Both the position numbers and the translations under genes were made by a program. A stretch of DNA of 64,000 bases from Neoechinorhynchus agilis. Its lineage: Eukaryota; Animalia; Acanthocephala. Shown one piece after another: positions 59,602-64,000 of this stretch; within the stretch, counting starts at the first letter, position 1, and every line of letters starts with the position of its first letter. Location: the NCBI GenBank assembly GCA_051530055.1, contig CM121342.1, forward strand, positions 1,956,797 through 2,020,796, read 5' to 3'. The notes beneath the pieces are model-generated. The model had not been told where the DNA came from. It saw nothing but the letters and a program-made list of their open reading frames with translations, and did no database searches.

Positions 59602-60200
59602 TATGTTTCGCTAATCATTTACCGGATGTAGACCTAAACAATAATTCCAATCATATTCCCCTCACATATCGACATTTTGCAAATTATGGTGATTTCATAA
59701 TCAAAAATTTGATTGTTATAAAGAACCAATCATATTGAAGTGAAATGAATTGACAAAAAGTGCTTATTAATTATTATTTTATCAGTTTAACTTCTTTTAA
59801 AAAAGACGAAAGAAGCAACAAGCCAGCATATTGAGGTGATCGTTAGAAACTTGAACAGTGCAATTAAAATCAAGAGAAACTGAGAAGTATTCACAGATCC
59901 GATGGATATTTAAGGTCTTTCCTCGCGTTCGGCATCGAAAATGTAAAGGAATTTGCCATTAAATCGTAAGATCGCCGAACGTTCCCTTCTGTTCAAACGG
60001 TCTTTCTTAAAGGCGACACCGATGCAAGATATTCTCCACAGGTCAAAATATGACCTTGAAGAAGGCATTTTAACTCGTCTATTTAATTCTTGATCATGTT
60101 TTTTATATGGCGGAAAATTTAAAAGAATTTATTGATTTCTGATGTTGTAAATACTTGCAAACAACCTTGATAAACGCGTACAAGATTGTGCCGAAATATC

Positions 60201-63200
60201 GGAATCAATAAACTCTTTTAATTTTTCAAGCATATAAAAAACATGAATAGTTCAATCTTCACTCCATTCTTGATTTCCCGTTTTTCTAGAATGGAATGCT
60301 CATTTTTTGTTTCTAATTTATCTCTGGTGACTTTTAGGCCTAAAGAAGTTCGACGAGACAGACGAAATATTGTGAAAGGGAATCAATAAATTCTTTTAAT
60401 TTTTTACCGGCATGTAAAAAACATGAATAGTTCAATCTTCACTCCATTCAGGATTTCCCGTTTTTCTAGAATGGAATGTTCATTTTGTGTTTCTAATTTA
60501 TCTCTGGTGACTTTTAGGCCCAAAGAAGTTCGACGAGACTGACGAAATATTGTGAAAGGGAATCAATGAATTCTTTTAATTTTTCACCGGCATATAAAAA
60601 ATATGAATAGTTCAATCTTCACTCCATTCTTGATTTCCCGTTTTTCTAGAATGGAATGTTCATTTTGTGTTTCTAATTTATCTCTGGTGACTTTTAGGCC
60701 TCAAGAAGTTCGACGAGACTGACGAAATATTGTGAAAGGGAATCAATAAACTCTTTTAATTTTTCACCGGCATATAAAAAACATGAATAGTTCAATCTTC
60801 ACTCCATTCTTGATTTCCCGTTTTTCTAGAATGGAATGTTCATTTTGTGTTTCTAATTTATCTCTGGTGACTTTTAGGCCTAAAGAAGTTCGACGAGACG
60901 GACGAAATATTGTGAAAGGGAATCAATAAACTCTTTTAATTTTTCACCGGCATATAAAAAACATGAATAGTTCAATCTTCACCCCATTCAGGATTTCCCG
61001 TTTTTCTAGAATGGAATGTTCATTTTGTGTTTCTAATTTATCTCTGGTGACTTTTAGGCCAAAAGAAGTTCGACGAGACGGACGAAATATTGTGAAAGGG
61101 AATCAATGAATTCTTTTAATTTTTCACCAAGCATATAAAAAACATGAATAGTTCAATCTTCACTCCATTCAGGATTTCCCGTTTTTCTAGAATGGAATCG
61201 TTATTTTGTGTTTCTAATTTGTCTCTGGTGACTTTTAGGCCTAAAGAAGTTCGACGAGACGGACGAAATATTGTGAAAGGGAATCAATGAATTCTTTTAA
61301 TTTTTCACCGGCATATAAAAAACATGAATAGTTCAATCTTCACTCCATTTAAAAGTTTCCCGTTTTTTCTAGAATGGAATGTTCATTTTGTGTTTCTAAT
61401 TTATCTCCGGTGACTTTTAGGCCTAAAGAAGTTCGACGAGACGGACGAAATATTGTGAAAGGGAATCAATAAATTCTTTTAATTTTTCACCGGCATATAA
61501 AAAAAATGAATAGTTCAATCTTCACTCCATTCTTGATTTCCCGTTTTTCTAGAATGGAATGTTCATTTTGTGTTTCTAATTTATCTCTGGTGACTTTTGA
61601 GCCTAAAAGTTCGACGAGACGGACGAAATATTGTGAAAGGGAATCAATGAATTCTTTTAATTTTTTCACCGGCATATAAAAAACATGAATAGTTCGTCTT
61701 CACTCATTAGGATTTCCCGTTTTTTCTAGAATGGAATGTTCATTTTGTGTTTCTAATTTATCTCTGGTGACTTTTAGGCCTAAAGAAGGTCGACGAGACG
61801 GACGAAATGATATTGTGAAAGGGAATCAATGAATTCTTTTAATTTTCACAAGCATATAAAAAACATGAATAGTTCAATCTTCACTCCATTCTTGATTTCC
61901 CGTTTTTCTAGAATGGAATGTTCATTTTGTGTTTCTAATTTATCTCTGGTGACTTTTAGGCCGAAAGAAGTTCGACGAGACGGACGAAATATTGTGAAAG
62001 GGAATCAATGAATTCTTTTAATTTTTCACCGGCATATAAAAAACATGAATAGTTCAATCTTCACTCCATTCTTGATTTCCCGTTTTTCTAGAATGGAATG
62101 TTCATTTTGTGTTTCTAATTTATCTCTGGTGACTTTTAGGCCTAAAGAAGTTCGACGAGACGGACGAAATATTGTGAAAGGGAATCATTGAATTCTTTTA
62201 ATTTTTCACCGGCATATAAAAAACATGAATAGTTCGATCTTCACTCCATTCTTGATTTCCCGTTTTTCTAGAATGGAATGTTCATTTTGTGTTTCTAATT
62301 TATCTCCGGTGACTTTTAGGCCTATAGAAGTTCGACGAGACGGACGAAATATTGTGAAAGGGAATCATTGAATTCTTTCAATTTTTCACCGACATATAAA
62401 AAACATGAATAGTTCAATCTTCACTCCATTCTTGATTTCCCGTTTTTCTAGAATGGAATGTTCATTTTGTGTTTCTAATTTATCTCTGGTGACTTTTAGG
62501 CCGAAAGAAGTTCGACGAGACGGACGAAATATTGTGAAAGGGAATCAATGAATTCTTTTAATTTTTCACCGGCATATAAAAAACATGAATAGTTCAATCT
62601 TCACTCCATTCTTGATTTCCCGTTTTCTAGAATGGAATGTTCATTTTGTGTTTCTAATTTATCTCTGGTTACTTTTAGGCCTAAAGAATCGACGAGACGG
62701 ACGAAATATTGTGAAGAGATCAATGAATTCTTTTAATTTTTCACCGGCATATAAAAAATATGAATAGTTCAATCTTCACTCCATTCTTGATTCCCGTTTT
62801 TCTAGAATGGAATGTTCATTTTGTGTTTCTAATTTATCTCTGGTGACTTTTAGGCCTAAAGAAGTTCGACGAGACGGACGAAATATTGTGAAAGGGAATC
62901 AATAAACTCTTTTAATTTTTAACCGGCATATAAAAAACATGAATAGTTCAATCTTCACTCCATTCAGGATTTCCGGTTTTTCTAGAATGGAATGTTCATT
63001 TTGTGTTTCTAATTTATCTCCGGTGACTTTTAGGCTTAAAGAAGTTCGACGAGACGGACGAAATATTGTGAAAGGGAATCAATAAATTCTTTTAATTTTT
63101 CACCGGCATATAAAAAACATGAATAGTTCAATCTTCCCACTTCCATTCAGGATTTCCCGTTTTTCTAGAATGGAATGTTCATTTTGTGTTTCTAATTTAT

Positions 63201-64000
63201 CTCTGGTGACTTTTAGGCCAAAAGAAGTTCGACGAGACGGACGAAATATTGTGAAAGGGAATCAATGAATTCTTTTAATTTTTCACCGGCATATAAAAAA
63301 CATGAATAGTTCAATCTTCACTCCATTCTTGATTTCCCGTTTTTCTAGAATGGAATGTTCATTTTGTGTTTCTAATCTATCTCCGGTGACTTTTAGGCCT
63401 AAAGAAGTTCGACGAGACGGACGAAATATTGTGAAAGGGAATCAATTAATTCTTTTAATTTTTCACCGGCATATAAAAAATATGAATAGTTCAATCTTCA
63501 CTCCATTCTTGATTTCCCGTTTTTCTACAATGGAATGTTCATTTTGTGTTTCTAATTTATCTCCGGTGACTTTTAGGCCTAAAGAAGTTCGACGAGACGG
63601 ACGAAATATTGTGAAAGGGAATCAATTAATTCTTTTTATTTTTCACCGGCATATAAAAAACATGAATAGTTCGATCTTCACTCCATTCTTGATTTCCCGT
63701 TTTTCTAGAATGGAATGTTCATTTTGTGTTTCTAATTTATCTCTGGTGACTTTTAGGCCTAAAGAAGTTCGACGAGACGGACGAAATATTGTGAATGGGA
63801 ATCATTGAATTCTTTTAATTTTTCACCGTCATATAAAAAATATGAATAGTTCGATCTTCACTCCATTCTTGATTTCCCGTTTTTCTAGGATGGAATGTTC
63901 ATTTTGTGTTTCTAATTTATCTCTGGTGACTTTTAGGCCTAAAGAAGGTCGACGAGACGGACGAAATATTGTGAAAGGGAATCAATGAATTCTTTTAGTT
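60201..64000. repeat. 180-bp tandem satellite, ~21 copies, running off the window end
   Basis: Unit ATAAAAAACATGAATAGTTCAATCTTCACTCCATTC...GAAGTTCGACGAGACGGACGAAATATTGTGAAAGGGAATCAATGAATTCTTTTAATTTTTCACCGGC recurs every ~180 bp with a few substitutions and indels. Confidence 0.98.

Noticed and set aside
63302-63808. 168-aa ORF and similar short ORFs in the satellite
   Set aside because: The unit length is a multiple of 3 and chance loss of one stop opens the frame. Most copies have stops or frameshifts.
60201-64000. CRISPR array
   Set aside because: Whole 180-bp units repeat with no unique spacers, the context is eukaryotic and there are no cas genes.

Overview
AT-rich eukaryotic genomic window, most likely a metazoan with very short introns (mostly 41-62 nt, mode about 46 nt). 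The organism cannot be named from the sequence alone. Host genes recognised: two near-identical brachyury-type T-box genes in head-to-head orientation, an intronless multi-KH (vigilin-like) gene plus a decayed mirror copy, MCM10, a C9orf72 homologue, an SLC35A-family nucleotide-sugar transporter interrupted by a TA-flanked MITE, tRNA-Ala(UGC) and tRNA-Cys(GCA). There is also a giant (~1834 aa) type I membrane protein with a higher-order 82-aa repeat, and three orphan ORFs. The T-box and KH genes lie in a ~17.6-kb inverted duplication (arms 23206-28001 and 35853-40857, 7.85-kb spacer). Intergenic DNA is packed with decayed retroelements: at least 9 CRE-type non-LTR fragments, at least 6 Penelope-like fragments, Gypsy pieces including one with 64-bp LTRs, LINE and hAT remnants. 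A dispersed family of fold-back elements carries minimal hammerhead ribozyme cores. The last 3.8 kb is a 180-bp tandem satellite (~21 copies). All family assignments rest on motifs recognised by eye; no database search was run.
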